Source of the DNA: Octopus bimaculoides
Taxonomy: Eukaryota
Reading direction: 5' to 3'
Assembly (NCBI RefSeq): GCF_001194135.2
Contig: NC_068983.1
Span: forward strand, 159,733,640-159,797,639
Length of the DNA stretch: 64,000 nt
Shown: positions 12,591 to 23,319 of the stretch, piece by piece
How the letters are laid out: every line of letters starts with the position of its first letter
How positions within the stretch are numbered: the stretch's first letter is position 1
Notes under the pieces: generated by a model
What the model was told of the DNA's origin: nothing
Database searches by the model: none
The model's input: the letters and a program-made list of their open reading frames with translations, nothing else
Made by a program: the position numbers and the translations under genes

Positions 12591-14049
12591 CAACTATTGT
12601 TATTTAGAAGTTGCAATATGTGTTAAGCGATTTCTGTCATTGTAAATTCTGCACTTTCTTTTGTATAATGCTGTAGACGTATCTATATTGCTGATTAAAT
12701 TTATTATAAGCTTTTAGTATATAATATCAGACATTAACTCAGATGCTCTTGGTGTCCTCCAGGTGTAACGCAATTTTCTTTTACAAAAGGCTAAAGTAAA
12801 TACAAATATCAATTAAATTGAGAATTTACAAATAATTAGATATTGCTTAAAACTTTAAAAAAAAAAATTAAAAAAAAAACATGAAATGCATTTTTCTTCA
12901 ATAATGTTTCGATGATTCATAGTAATTTTCAACTTCCTGACGCCTGTTGTAAAAGAAAATAAAAAAGTCCTTTGCTTTAGAAAGAACTATATAATTGCCT
13001 TGTTGATGAGAAAGTCAACTTCTCGCAGATATATTGTTTAATTAATTTTGCATTAAATTTCATGTAAACACTCCATGATCAGACCTGCGAAGTTATTCAA
13101 TAAATACAGATCTAATGAACAATTTTACTATTAGTTGCTAACAATGCAGTTCAGCTTTGTCAAATCAATAATAGATTTTATCTTTTTTTATTCTTTCTTA
13201 TTGGGAATATCATTAGTTAATGTTTAGACGGCGCCACAATTTTTTAACAATGAATTGAGTGAAACTATTCAGCTATCATAATGGACAGTATATTGTCTAG
13301 CGTAACTCTGCGACACTACTCAAACTCCAATCTGTGATATTTCTCGTTCGAGTATGTAGTTAAATTATCTTAAATAAATTTACAATGTCGCACCTGAAAG
13401 TTTATGTTTCATTGATGTATTTTAAACGCTATAATCTTTATATCTTGTAATCACATGCTTCTTCCAGAATTTAACATAAAACTAATTTTAAGATTTAACC
13501 CACTTATAGCAAATTAATCCACCAGTTTAATACTTATTAGTTAATTTTATTTTTGATTTGTTATTGCATTTTTTTTCATCTTAACATTGAACCTTGCAAA
13601 TGTTTTGTTATTTCAAATTACAAAATATGTTCATCTAATTAAGTTACTTTGTTGGTACTGCTATCTTTATAACAATGTTTGGGTAAAAACTGTGCAACAA
13701 GAAATATCTGTGGTAACTATCTGATGTAAATAATAAAGAAAAAAATATGTCTTAAGCAGATCTGCGAAATCTGAAACTTTTTGAAGCCACCCGAACTATT
13801 AGATAAACGTGATTTATATATATATATATATATATATATCTTGCGAACCTGGTAAAATACACAATTCGTCTAGAGAAAAAGAGCATGAAATAGTTGTACG
13901 TATTGGATTAATCATCAGATATTAGTAGATACTTTGTAATTTAGAATTTGATAATGAGAGACAACGCAGCAGATATTTAGAAAGGATATATGTATTTTAA
14001 AATACGGAAATTGATAAAACTTTTAACATAACTAAGCCACTACGCAAAA

Positions 14050-14240
14050 ATTCATTTTCTAAGGTTGCTGTGGTTTAGCTGTTCGAACACAGCAATAATC
14101 CAAGGCATTCTAGCAATGATCACTCTGTCTATTCTTAGACTTCATTTCAGGCGACATTATGCAAGATGTCTTTCCATTTTTTTAAAGACGGTTAAGAAGG
14201 AGATCTGGCTGCTGTTTCTTGCAGATCAAAATACGTAAAT
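14050..14240 (+). repeat. Degenerate dispersed repeat; related copy at 39360-39545 on the opposite strand
   Basis: Shared segments GGCATTC(T/C)AGC and ATCTGGCTGCT(G/A)TTT between the two loci. Family not assigned. Confidence 0.5.
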
Positions 14241-14515
14241 ACCTTCTTATTTGTCATTTTTCAAAATCTTTGTTGCGTAACTCCAAGTCAGCTTTGATCG
14301 GTTTATACATACATGCTAAGACCATCCCATGTTTATCCAGGAATTTTGTGTTGCTGACTGCAATATTTAACTTGCCCATCTTAAGAAGCTAAAATGTGAT
14401 TTGGAAGAGATTTGTCTACTAATCCTTGAAGTCCGTGACACCACGCAGATATCACATCGTAAATTCACCTTTGCTTTCTATTTTGCAAAGCTATCTTGCA
14501 ACATGAAATAGTCAT

Positions 14516-14712
14516 CGTTTCTTTGTTTCAGTCACTGGACTGCGTCCATGCTGGGGCACCGCTTTGAAGGCTTTTTAGTCGGACGAATGAGTCCAAGGCC
14601 AAATTGTTTTTCAAAGTTTGGTATTTAATCTCTCGGTCTCGTTTTTTGCCGAATCGCCAAATTACGTGGACGATAACAAATAAACGTCAGCTGCGAAGCA
14701 GTTGCAGGGGAC
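14516..14712 (-). mobile_element. SINE family B, 3' part (tail shared with the CR1/L2-like LINE)
   Basis: Reverse complement ends CAAAGCGGTGCCCCAGCATGGACGCAGTCCAGTGACTGAAAC, similar to the LINE 3' end at 1800-1830. Confidence 0.75.
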
Positions 14713-14759
14713 AAACCCAGACACATACATGCATACACACATACACACAGACACACAGA

Positions 14760-14857
<98 letters not shown>

Positions 14858-14858
14858 G

Positions 14859-14889
<31 letters not shown>

Positions 14890-14893
<4 letters not shown>

Positions 14894-14995
14894 CTTTTGC
14901 TTGTTTCAGTTCTGAGATTGCGACCACCTTGAAGAATTTTTGATCGAATGAACCCATCCCAGTATTTTTGTTATTTTTTACACTTGGTACTTATT
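14890..14995 (-). mobile_element. SINE family B 3' fragment with (GATA)n tail
   Basis: GTTTCAGTTCTGAGATTGCGACCACCTTGAAG..TTGGTACTTATT, next to (TATC)n at 14797-14890. Confidence 0.65.
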
Positions 14996-15000
14996 ATTAC

Positions 15001-15141
15001 TCGACGTTTTAGGCACTGAGCAATTCCTCTCTTTACACTGTATAGATGGTGGGAACTGAAATTGAAGTATCGTCTAGTGAAGGTCGGCTGGCGGTATAAG
15101 GATGTCCTGAATCCATACTTCGTGCATGTAATTAATACGTT
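15001..15141 (-). repeat. Inverted duplicate of the 5' end of the Penelope-like element (fold-back arm)
   Basis: 15001-15141 is the reverse complement of about 15158-15298 (for example GGATGTCCTGAATCCATACTT versus AAGTATGGATTCAGGACATCC). Confidence 0.95.
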
Positions 15142-16080
15142 CAACTAGCATTCCTGGACGTATTAATAACACACGCCAAGTATGGATTCAGGACATCCGT
15201 ATACCGCAAGCCGACTTCACTGGACGATACCTCAACTTCAATTCCCACTATCCATACAGTGTAAAGAGAGGGATTGCTCAGTACCTAAAACATCGAACAT
15301 AGAATATGAGTAGCGATCGTGATACGCACCACGAAGAAATGATCAAGCTCAATAACAATCTGTTAAGCAACAACTACCCCAAACGTATGCTATCCATTCC
15401 AGTTATGAAGAAAAGAGAGGATGAAACCAATATACTGTCCACAGACTGTCTACCCTATGTGNNNNNNNNNNNNNNNNNNNNNNNNNNNNNNNNNNNNNNN
15501 NNNNNNNNNNNNNNNNNNNNNNNNNNNNNNNNNNNNNNNNNNNNNNNNNNNNNNNNNNNNNNNNNNNNNNNNNNNNNNNNNNNNNNNNNNNNNNNNNNNN
15601 NNNNNNNNNNNNNNNNNNNNNNNNNNNNNNNNNNNNNNNNNNNNNNNNNNNNNNNNNNNNNNNNNNNNNNNNNNNNNNNNNNNNNNNNNNNNNNNNNNNN
15701 NNNNNNNNNNNNNNNNNNNNNNNNNNNNNNNNNNNNNNNNNNNNNNNNNNNNNNNNNNNNNNNNNNNNNNNNNNNNNNNNNNNNNNNNNNNNNNNNNNNN
15801 NNNNNNNNNNNNNNNNNNNNNNNNNNNNNNNNNNNNNNNNNNNNNNNNNNNNNNNNNNNNNNNNNNNNNNNNNNNNNNNNNNNNNNNNNNNNNNNNNNNN
15901 NNNNNNNNNNGAACACCACTGGGAAATACGAAAACTAAAAAAAGCAGCACATATGCTAGGACACAACAACCTCCTAAGCAGATCGAGTGCAGATATGAAT
16001 AGCATATGGGAACCGGTATTAAGGAAAGATAGGAAAATATTAGATTTATAAGCCCTAAAATTCACTTCATAACTACCCAC

Positions 16081-16153
16081 GGGCATATGGGGTAGTAGTT
16101 AAGAGCACGGGCTACTAACCCCAAGATTCCGAGTTCGATTCCAGGCAGTGACC
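16081..16153 (+). promoter_or_regulatory. tRNA-Arg-like head (internal Pol III A and B boxes) inside the PLE terminal repeat
   Basis: GGGCATATGGGGTAGTAGTTAAGAGCACGGGCTACTAACCCCAAGATTCCGAGTTCGATTCCAGGCAGTGACC. It resembles the tRNA-Arg(ACG) segment CTACG..AAGATTCCAGGTTCGACTCCTGGC. The acceptor stem does not pair. Confidence 0.8.
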
Positions 16154-16233
16154 AGAATAATAATAATAATAATAATAATAACAACATCGAAAAATACGTT
16201 AGGATTGGGAACCCGGGTTCGAAATTTCCCCAA

Positions 16234-16279
16234 GACACCTGATGAAAGCTGGAGGGTATATCAGCCGAAACTTTGTGTT
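16234..16279 (+). ncRNA. Minimal type I hammerhead ribozyme motif (degenerate copy)
   Basis: GACAC-CTGATGA-A-(A)GCTG..CAGCC-GAAA-CTTT-GTGTT. Stem I is GACAC/GTGTT. Confidence 0.7.
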
Positions 16280-16348
16280 AACAACAAGATGAGGACAAAT
16301 ATCCGTCAAATGTATTTATATACGTTACGAATACATATACCTATATAG

Positions 16349-16377
16349 CGGCGCAATCTCACGACTGAAACAAGCAG

Positions 16378-16410
<33 letters not shown>

Positions 16411-16547
16411 GTGTGTGTGTGTGTGTGTGCATGTATGTGTTTTTCTAGTTTGTCCCCTACAACTGCTTCACAGCCGATATTTCTTTGTTGTCGTCCACGT
16501 AATTTTAGCGATTCAGCAAAAAACGAGACCGATATTTTAAATACCAA
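16349..16547 (+). repeat. SINE-B tail + (GATA)n + (GT)n + SINE-B body; inverted homologue of 14617-14927
   Basis: The reverse complement matches 14617-14927 in the same order, with shared atypical segments ATTACGTGGACGA, GAAGCAGTTG.AGGGGACAAAC and TGAGATTGCG. Confidence 0.8.
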
Positions 16548-17817
16548 CAGGAGTTGGACAAAGTAATGGAAACACCTAGCATCATAGCATCATAATTTTG
16601 AAATATCTATAAAACCATCAAAAGCTTGTTTATTTTATGTTTTTGATTTATTATTAGTGTTGCTTAATATGTTTTGCTAAAATTGCTGTTTCCTTTCAGA
16701 TATCATCAGATAAAGGTAATTAAAATTCATTAAAATAACATATCTATCAGACTTTCATAGAGGTCAAATTGTTGGTGCTCGTATGACAGGGGATAGCGTA
16801 ACGAAAACAGCTGAAATGCTTGGTGTATCAAGAAGTACTGTCTCAAAAATAATGACAGCCTTTGAGAAAGAGGGAAAAACCTCGTTGTCGAAACAAAACT
16901 CCAGAAGAAAACGAAAACTTTCAGATAGGGACCGTAGGACTCTTACGCGAATTGTTAGAAAGGATCACAAAAGTACAGCTCCCAAAATTATTGCAGAGCT
17001 TAGTGACCACCTCGAGAACACAGTTTTCAGAAAAACTGTTCGCCGGGAGCTTCACAAAGCCAGATTTCACAGGAGAACTGCAATCAGAAAGCCACTACTT
17101 TCAAAAACAAACGTTGCAAACCGTTTGGAGTGGAGTAAAATCTACAGAATTGGTCCCTAGAGCAGTAGAAGAATGTTATTTTCTCGGACGAATCATCTTT
17201 TACCTTATTTCCGACCACCGGCTGAGAATACGTGTGGAGACAGCTAAACGAGGCATTTGACCCAGACTACCTTCTTCCAACTGTTAAACACGGAGGAGGA
17301 TCTGTAATAATTTGGGGGACTATATCTTGGAAATTCGCTGGCCCAATGGTTTTCCTTCATGGCAGAATGAATAGTCAAGACTATTTAAGCATTTTATCTG
17401 ATCAAATTCATCCTATGGTTGCGGAATTGTTTCCGGAGTGAAACGCAATCTTTCAGGATGATAATGTACCAATTTACACGGCTAAAGTTAATACTGAATG
17501 AAACGAGGAACATTCTAGTGAAGTTGACCATCTTATCTGGTCACCACAGTCCCCAGATCTCAATATTATTGAACATTTATGGTGTATTTTAGAAAAACAA
17601 GTAAGGAGTCGATATCTTCTACCATCATCACTACAAGAGCTGGAGACTGTTTTAGCTGAAGTATAGACAAAAATTCTTTTGGAAACAATTCAAACTTTGT
17701 ATGAGCCTATACCTCGTAGAATTCAAGCTGTAATTACTGCTAAATATGGTCCTACCTCATATTAAAATAAATTTGTTTGAAATTTTAAGGTGTCTCCATT
17801 ATTTTGTCCAGCCTCTG
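16548..17817 (+). mobile_element. Full-length Tc1-family DNA transposon with DD36E triad; transposase pseudogene
   Basis: 30-bp TIRs CAGGAGTTGGACAAAGTAATGGAAACACCT / AGGTGTCTCCATTATTTTGTCCAGCCTCTG followed by TA; 1270 bp. HTH ORF 16783-17160, FSDES, PTVKHGGGS, FQDDN..SPDLNIIE with 36 residues between D and E. Stops and frameshifts are present. Confidence 0.95.
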
Positions 17818-18246
17818 TACATATTGAAAGAGGTCGTAACTTAATTTTTTTTCTTATTTTGTTTTCATTCAGACTTCCACTTTTTACACCAATCTTCTAC
17901 TCGCTTTTTCTCGTGGTTTCTCGTGTACCAACATCCTGATTCTCAAATAGCAAAGACCATGTGTTCAGAACCTGTAGGTTGCTTGGAAACACAAGGCGCG
18001 TTATTAGAATCTGCCTAACTTCATGTCTTCAGAGCAAGAAACTATCGGTAGCCCTTACATACAGACACAGAAATACACACACACACACACACTGAAAATT
18101 TACACGTAAGCATAGGAATACTGAGAGCTACAAATATACCCCGCTAGGTGTGGTCACAAATATTTATACACGCATGCACAAACACAAACACAGACACTCA
18201 CATGTACAAATATACAATACACACAAGCATGTATATATATATACAT

Positions 18247-18281
<35 letters not shown>

Positions 18282-19149
18282 NNNNNNNNNNNNNNNNNNN
18301 NNNNNNNNNNNNNNNNNNNNNNNNNNNNNNNNNNNNNNNNNNNNNNNNNNNNNNNNNNNNNNNNNNNNNNNNNNNNNNNNNNNNNNNNNNNNNNNNNNNN
18401 NNNNNNNNNNNNNNNNNNNNNNNNNNNNNNNNNNNNNNNNNNNNNNNNNNNNNNNNNNNNNNNNNNNNNNNNNNNNNNNNNNNNNNNNNNNNNNNNNNNN
18501 NNNNNNNNNNNNNNNNNNNNNNNNNNNNNNNNNNNNNNNNNNNNNNNNNNNNNNNNNNNNNNNNNNNNNNNNNNNNNNNNNNNNNNNNNNNNNNNNNNNN
18601 NNNNNNNNNNNNNNNNNNNNNNNNNNNNNNNNNNNNNNNNNNNNNNNNNNNNNNNNNNNNNNNNNNNNNNNNNNNNNNNNNNNNNNNNNNNNNNNNNNNN
18701 NNNNNNNNNNNNNNNNNNNNNNNNNNNNNNNNNNNNNNNNNNNNNNNNNNNNNNNNNNNNNNNNNNNNNNNNNNNNNNNNNNNNNNNNNNNNNNNNNNNN
18801 NNNNNNNNNNNNNNNNNNNNNNNNNNNNNNNNNNNNNNNNNNNNNNNNNNNNNNNNNNNNNNNNNNNNNNNNNNNNNNNNNNNNNNNNNNNNNNNNNNNN
18901 NNNNNNNNNNNNNNNNNNNNNNNNNNNNNNNNNNNNNNNNNNNNNNNNNNNNNNNNNNNNNNNNNNNNNNNNNNNNNNNNNNNNNNNNNNNNNNNNNNNN
19001 NNNNNNNNNNNNNNNNNNNNNNNNNNNNNNNNNNNNNNNNNNNNNNNNNNNNNNNNNNNNNNNNNNNNNNNNNNNNNNNNNNNNNNNNNNNNNNNNNNNN
19101 NNNNNNNNNNNNNNNNNNNNNNNNNNNNNNNNNNNNNNNNNNNNNNNNA
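18282..19149. other. Assembly gap (one of many N runs, mostly next to microsatellites)
   Basis: Run of N. Other large gaps start at about 15462, 20815, 22272, 27356, 36035, 43794, 52517 and 58884. Confidence 1.
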
Positions 19150-19222
19150 CATTTTAAAACAGACGACCGCATTAATTGCACACTATTTCTGCTGCAACTT
19201 GAACTGCCTGTTGCGTCTGATC

Positions 19223-19270
<48 letters not shown>

Positions 19271-19339
19271 CTGTGTGTGGGCTTGCGTTTGTGTGTGTGA
19301 GTGTGTTCGCTCGCGTGTTTGTATGTATGTGTGCTCGTG

Positions 19340-20140
19340 CGTGTGTGTGTTTGTGTGTGCAGCCGCCATCATCATTGCCTTGCGCCCGGTGTTTTGTGTC
19401 AAAACGCAGGCTTGAACGATGTGCGCTCTCATCGCCATATTGCCACCGCCTGGCAACTGTTGTAGTCACACCGACACGTCGTCGGCAAAGCCGTTCACAA
19501 ATGCCAGTCGCGCTACTTTCTCAAGTCCCTCACCGGTAAGAGCAGACGACACGACCAGCCTCCGTACCTCTACAGCGTATTCTTCGACCTGTTCCCCTCT
19601 CCATCTGATCGTTCCCAGCTTAGTAAAAGCGGCGTATTCTCCATCTGTGTAAGCCTCCGTCAAGTGCTGCTTGATCTTCGCCGCGCTCAGCTTTTCTTCT
19701 TCATCCATTTCGAGGTACAGTGCCAGCGCACTCCCCTGCAAATACAAGGCCACGAGGCTCGTTACATCTTCGATGCCTTGTAGCCTGGCCACAACTTTGA
19801 CCTTTCGAATTCAGGCTACTTGCGGAAATAGCTTGTCGTGCGTGGGAAATGAAAAGAGATACATCTACCTTCCTCTCTCGTCTGCGCCCGTCTAGCAGTA
19901 TTCACTCTGACGATCCTGCCCTACACTGTCACTCAGTATAAGCAGCTACTATCTCACCAACCCAAGAGGGAATTCCCTCCCGTCCGTGTGCGATGCTTCG
20001 GCCAGCCAAAAGAGGACAACCCTGTCCTGCGCCGCCCGCACTTCCCTTCTCACGCTTATTCTTCCGGTCAGTCCCTTGACAATTGACGTCATGGCTCTTT
20101 TCTTCCGGCTAATCCCCATTCTATTATAGCCCAGGATAAC
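19340..20140 (-). mobile_element. LTR retrotransposon (Gypsy-like) gag remnant with 5' leader
   Basis: ORF 19466-19792 VALYLQGSALALYLEM..WRGEQVEEYAVEVRRL..LAFVNGF continues in frame past one stop into [12 protein letters not shown]. It forms a GC-rich island. No paired LTRs were identified. Confidence 0.7.
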
Positions 20141-20479
20141 CTATATTTTCTTTGTCTTTTAATTAGATGCTTTACGTCACTGGCTACTGATGTGGAATTG
20201 CTATGCTGTTTATATTTTAAATGAGCTTAAATGTGCAGAATATCTTTGTTCGAAAATCAGTGGTTGATCTCATATAGTAGCTATTGGAGTTATTTAATAT
20301 GTTGTAGACGGTGCAGGGGTATATCACTTGAATCTTCTGCATTGGGCTTGCAGCGAGCAGACGGTCCTAGAACTACAGTTGCAGCTATCTGTTCTAAGAT
20401 GGTCAGTTGGAGAGAGGGATGAAGTAGTGCTATTTGTAGACAAGTGAAAGGCTAGGGTTGTATTAGGTGACTGGTTCAT

Positions 20480-20617
20480 CTTATTGTTGTTATCATTGTT
20501 GTAGTTATTGCTATCATCATTATCACCGCCACCATTACCATTATTATTATTATTATTATTATTATTACCGCTATTATTGTTGCCTCCATCGCTATTATAA
20601 TTATTACTATGATTATT

Positions 20618-20652
<35 letters not shown>

Positions 20653-20777
20653 CATTATTAATATTATTATTATTATCATTATTATTATTATTATTATTAT
20701 CATTATTATTATTATTATTATTATCATTATTATTATTATTATCATTATCATTATTATTATTATCATTATCATTATTA

Positions 20778-20814
<37 letters not shown>
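20480..20814. repeat. Long (ATT/ATC)n microsatellite running into a gap
   Basis: Directly visible. Confidence 0.95.
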
Positions 20815-21191
20815 NNNNNNNNNNNNNNNNNNNNNNNNNNNNNNNNNNNNNNNNNNNNNNNNNNNNNNNNNNNNNNNNNNNNNNNNNNNNNNNNNNNNNN
20901 NNNNNNNNNNNNNNNNNNNNNNNNNNNNNNNNNNNNNNNNNNNNNNNNNNNNNNNNNNNNNNNNNNNNNNNNNNNNNNNNNNNNNNNNNNNNNNNNNNNN
21001 NNNNNNNNNNNNNNNNNNNNNNNNNNNNNNNNNNNNNNNNNNNNNNNNNNNNNNNNNNNNNNNNNNNNNNNNNNNNNNNNNNNNNNNNNNNNNNNNNNNN
21101 NNNNNNNNNNNNNNNNNNNNNNNNNNNNNNNNNNNNNNNNNNNNNNNNNNNNNNNNNNNNNNNNNNNNNNNNNNNNNNNNNNNNNNNNNNN

Positions 21192-21378
21192 TAGATTCCA
21201 CATTCGAGTTACCTCTATTTCCAGGTCTTTGAATTTTGAAAGTTTTTCCATTTCTTTTAGAGAAACGTTGTCATCTGCTGGTATTGATACATCAATTAGA
21301 AAGCATTTTTTTTCTTCATGATCTTTGACAACTATATCTGGTCTATTTGCCTTAATTTCTCTATCTGTGTGTATTATT
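21192..21378 (-). mobile_element. R4/Dong-like RLE fragment (different subfamily) embedded in (TAA)n arrays
   Basis: IHTDREIKANRPDIVVKDHEEKKCFLIDVSIPADDNVSLKEMEKLSKFKDLEIEVTRMWNL is uninterrupted. Confidence 0.9.
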
Positions 21379-21379
21379 G

Positions 21380-21380
21380 T

Positions 21381-21414
<34 letters not shown>

Positions 21415-21415
21415 T

Positions 21416-21463
<48 letters not shown>

Positions 21464-21475
21464 TGCAGCAGCAGC

Positions 21476-21521
<46 letters not shown>

Positions 21522-21545
21522 CTAGTAGTGGTGGTGGTATTGGTA
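21380..21545. repeat. Compound (ATT)n(AGC)n(AGT)n microsatellite
   Basis: Directly visible. Confidence 0.95.
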
Positions 21546-21689
21546 TTATCATTAGTATTATTGCTAATATTATTAATAGTTGTAGTAGAAGTGTTAGTGG
21601 CTGTAGTGGTTATGGTAGAGTTAGTATTGTTTGTATCAGTGTTCCTATTAATACTACCGTTGGTTTCAACTCTGCGCCCAGCTCCCTCG

Positions 21690-22200
21690 GAGGCGTGAAT
21701 TATGTTATCTAGGTTTAAGTTGTTTAAAGTGTTAGGGCCAGGGATGTTGGTTATGTTATTGCGAGCGGTGTTAGCGTTTTCGTTGCATAGATCTATGTTA
21801 GGGTTGTATGCATTTAGATAGTAAGAATTAAGTTTACGTTTATTAGATGAGGTGATAATAGATTCTATATTTGGTGTAGGAATAGGATAGAGTAAACTAT
21901 TTTAGAGAATGCTTTAGCAAGGCCTTTAATATTCAAAGCAAATGGGAGTGTACACCAGAGAAATGATCTCCAACCATTTATATTAGGTAAATTTTGGGAA
22001 GTGTAATTCCTTCTATATGTAAGAGGAGAGTTGCAGGGTTTGATGCTAGTATTCTTAGATCGAGTGTTATGCGTGTGGGTGCTAGGCGGGAAAGATTGTC
22101 TAACTATAGTGGGAGGGTATGGGTATCCAGTATATGGGCGTGCCCGTAAAGGGTTTAGTTTAAAGATGTCTTCTTTGAGCTTCGTGTTGGTTATAAACAT
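21690..22200 (-). mobile_element. Possible degenerate Penelope-like fragment of a second clade
   Basis: RSFLWCTLPFALNIK and PTPNIESIITSSNKRKL resemble the WFNPPFS and SCMPNIxSIIxSHNKKIL motifs between RT and GIY-YIG of some PLEs. Confidence 0.45.
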
Positions 22201-22831
22201 AGTTATATATATGTAAACAATTATATATATGTATGTATATATGTACATAGATACATATATATGTATATATANNNNNNNNNNNNNNNNNNNNNNNNNNNNN
22301 NNNNNNNNNNNNNNNNNNNNNNNNNNNNNNNNNNNNNNNNNNNNNNNNNNNNNNNNNNNNNNNNNNNNNNNNNNNNNNNNNNNNNNNNNNNNNNNNNNNN
22401 NNNNNNNNNNNNNNNNNNNNNNNNNNNNNNNNNNNNNNNNNNNNNNNNNNNNNNTAGATGCTACTCAGAGTTTATTTCATATTAACTCTTAATAAATGTC
22501 CAATATTCGTTATAACAGTCGCTAGTTCATGTGCGCACACACTCACACACTCACACCCACACATACACATACACACACACACATGCACGCTGATATTTCA
22601 TTGGTTACCACAGTCCCCCAAATTAAGCAGACCGATCTGGCATTAAACAATTCAGTTGAATGGAATGATTATTTATTTATTTAATTATTCATTTAAGTCA
22701 TGAACGTCGCAGAAATACGCAAATTGCAAGCGAAAGATTGTCTCACAAAATCTACATACAGATACAACCATAGATATATTTTCGTATAAATGCATACATT
22801 ACACGCGCACACACACACACACACATGCATA

Positions 22832-22877
<46 letters not shown>

Positions 22878-23319
22878 CACATACACACACACACGCACAG
22901 GTATATGTGTCTAACAAAAAAGTACACAAGAACCAAAAATTGGTTTGATATATGCGCATTCACTTCTCGCGGAGATTTAATGGAAATGGATTAACATTAA
23001 AAGTTCTCTGTTTCATTGAAAAGGCTAGATATTAAATATTGTAATGCATGCAATTTCATATTGTATTGATTTATGAATATTAAGCTAACAATAATGTTCA
23101 ATATCGTTAGATAGAGCTAAATATAATTCTCATATTTATCGTTAAACATTTAAATAGTCACAAACCACATATACCGATATTAAAATATTAAAATAAATAT
23201 CAGGACATTTGTAACTGTTGTTGCTCTCATTGTTTATCAGCAAGATATCTCTGATCCAGTAAATATCTGCTAAACCGTACTTCAGTCTTTCTAAAGTTCT
23301 CTGTTATACCCTTCTTGGT

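Larger units (their letters stand above)
15142..16318 (+). mobile_element. Penelope-like retroelement, 5'-truncated (RT C-terminus, gap, GIY-YIG C-terminus, terminal repeat)
   Basis: LAFLDVLITHAKYGFRTSVYRKP/TGRYLNFNSHYPYSVKRGIAQYLKHR (PLE RT thumb, one frameshift), NNYP..LPYV, and after the gap EHHWEIRKLKKAAHMLGHNNLLSRSSADMNSIWEPVL..DL* (stop 16049-16051). Confidence 0.9.

Noticed and set aside
12239-12607. Poly-Leu/Ala/Val membrane-like ORFs (also 20609-21232 and 21318-21698)
   Set aside because: Translations of trinucleotide arrays.
16081-16153. Functional tRNA gene (also 43306 and 57852)
   Set aside because: The 5' GGGCATA does not pair with the 3' AGTGACC, so there is no acceptor stem; there is no T-run terminator, and the sequence is embedded in a repeat.
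21690-22200. Nuclear mitochondrial insertion (NUMT), suggested by strand skew
   Set aside because: No mitochondrial protein, rRNA or tRNA motif was recognised; PLE-like motifs fit better.
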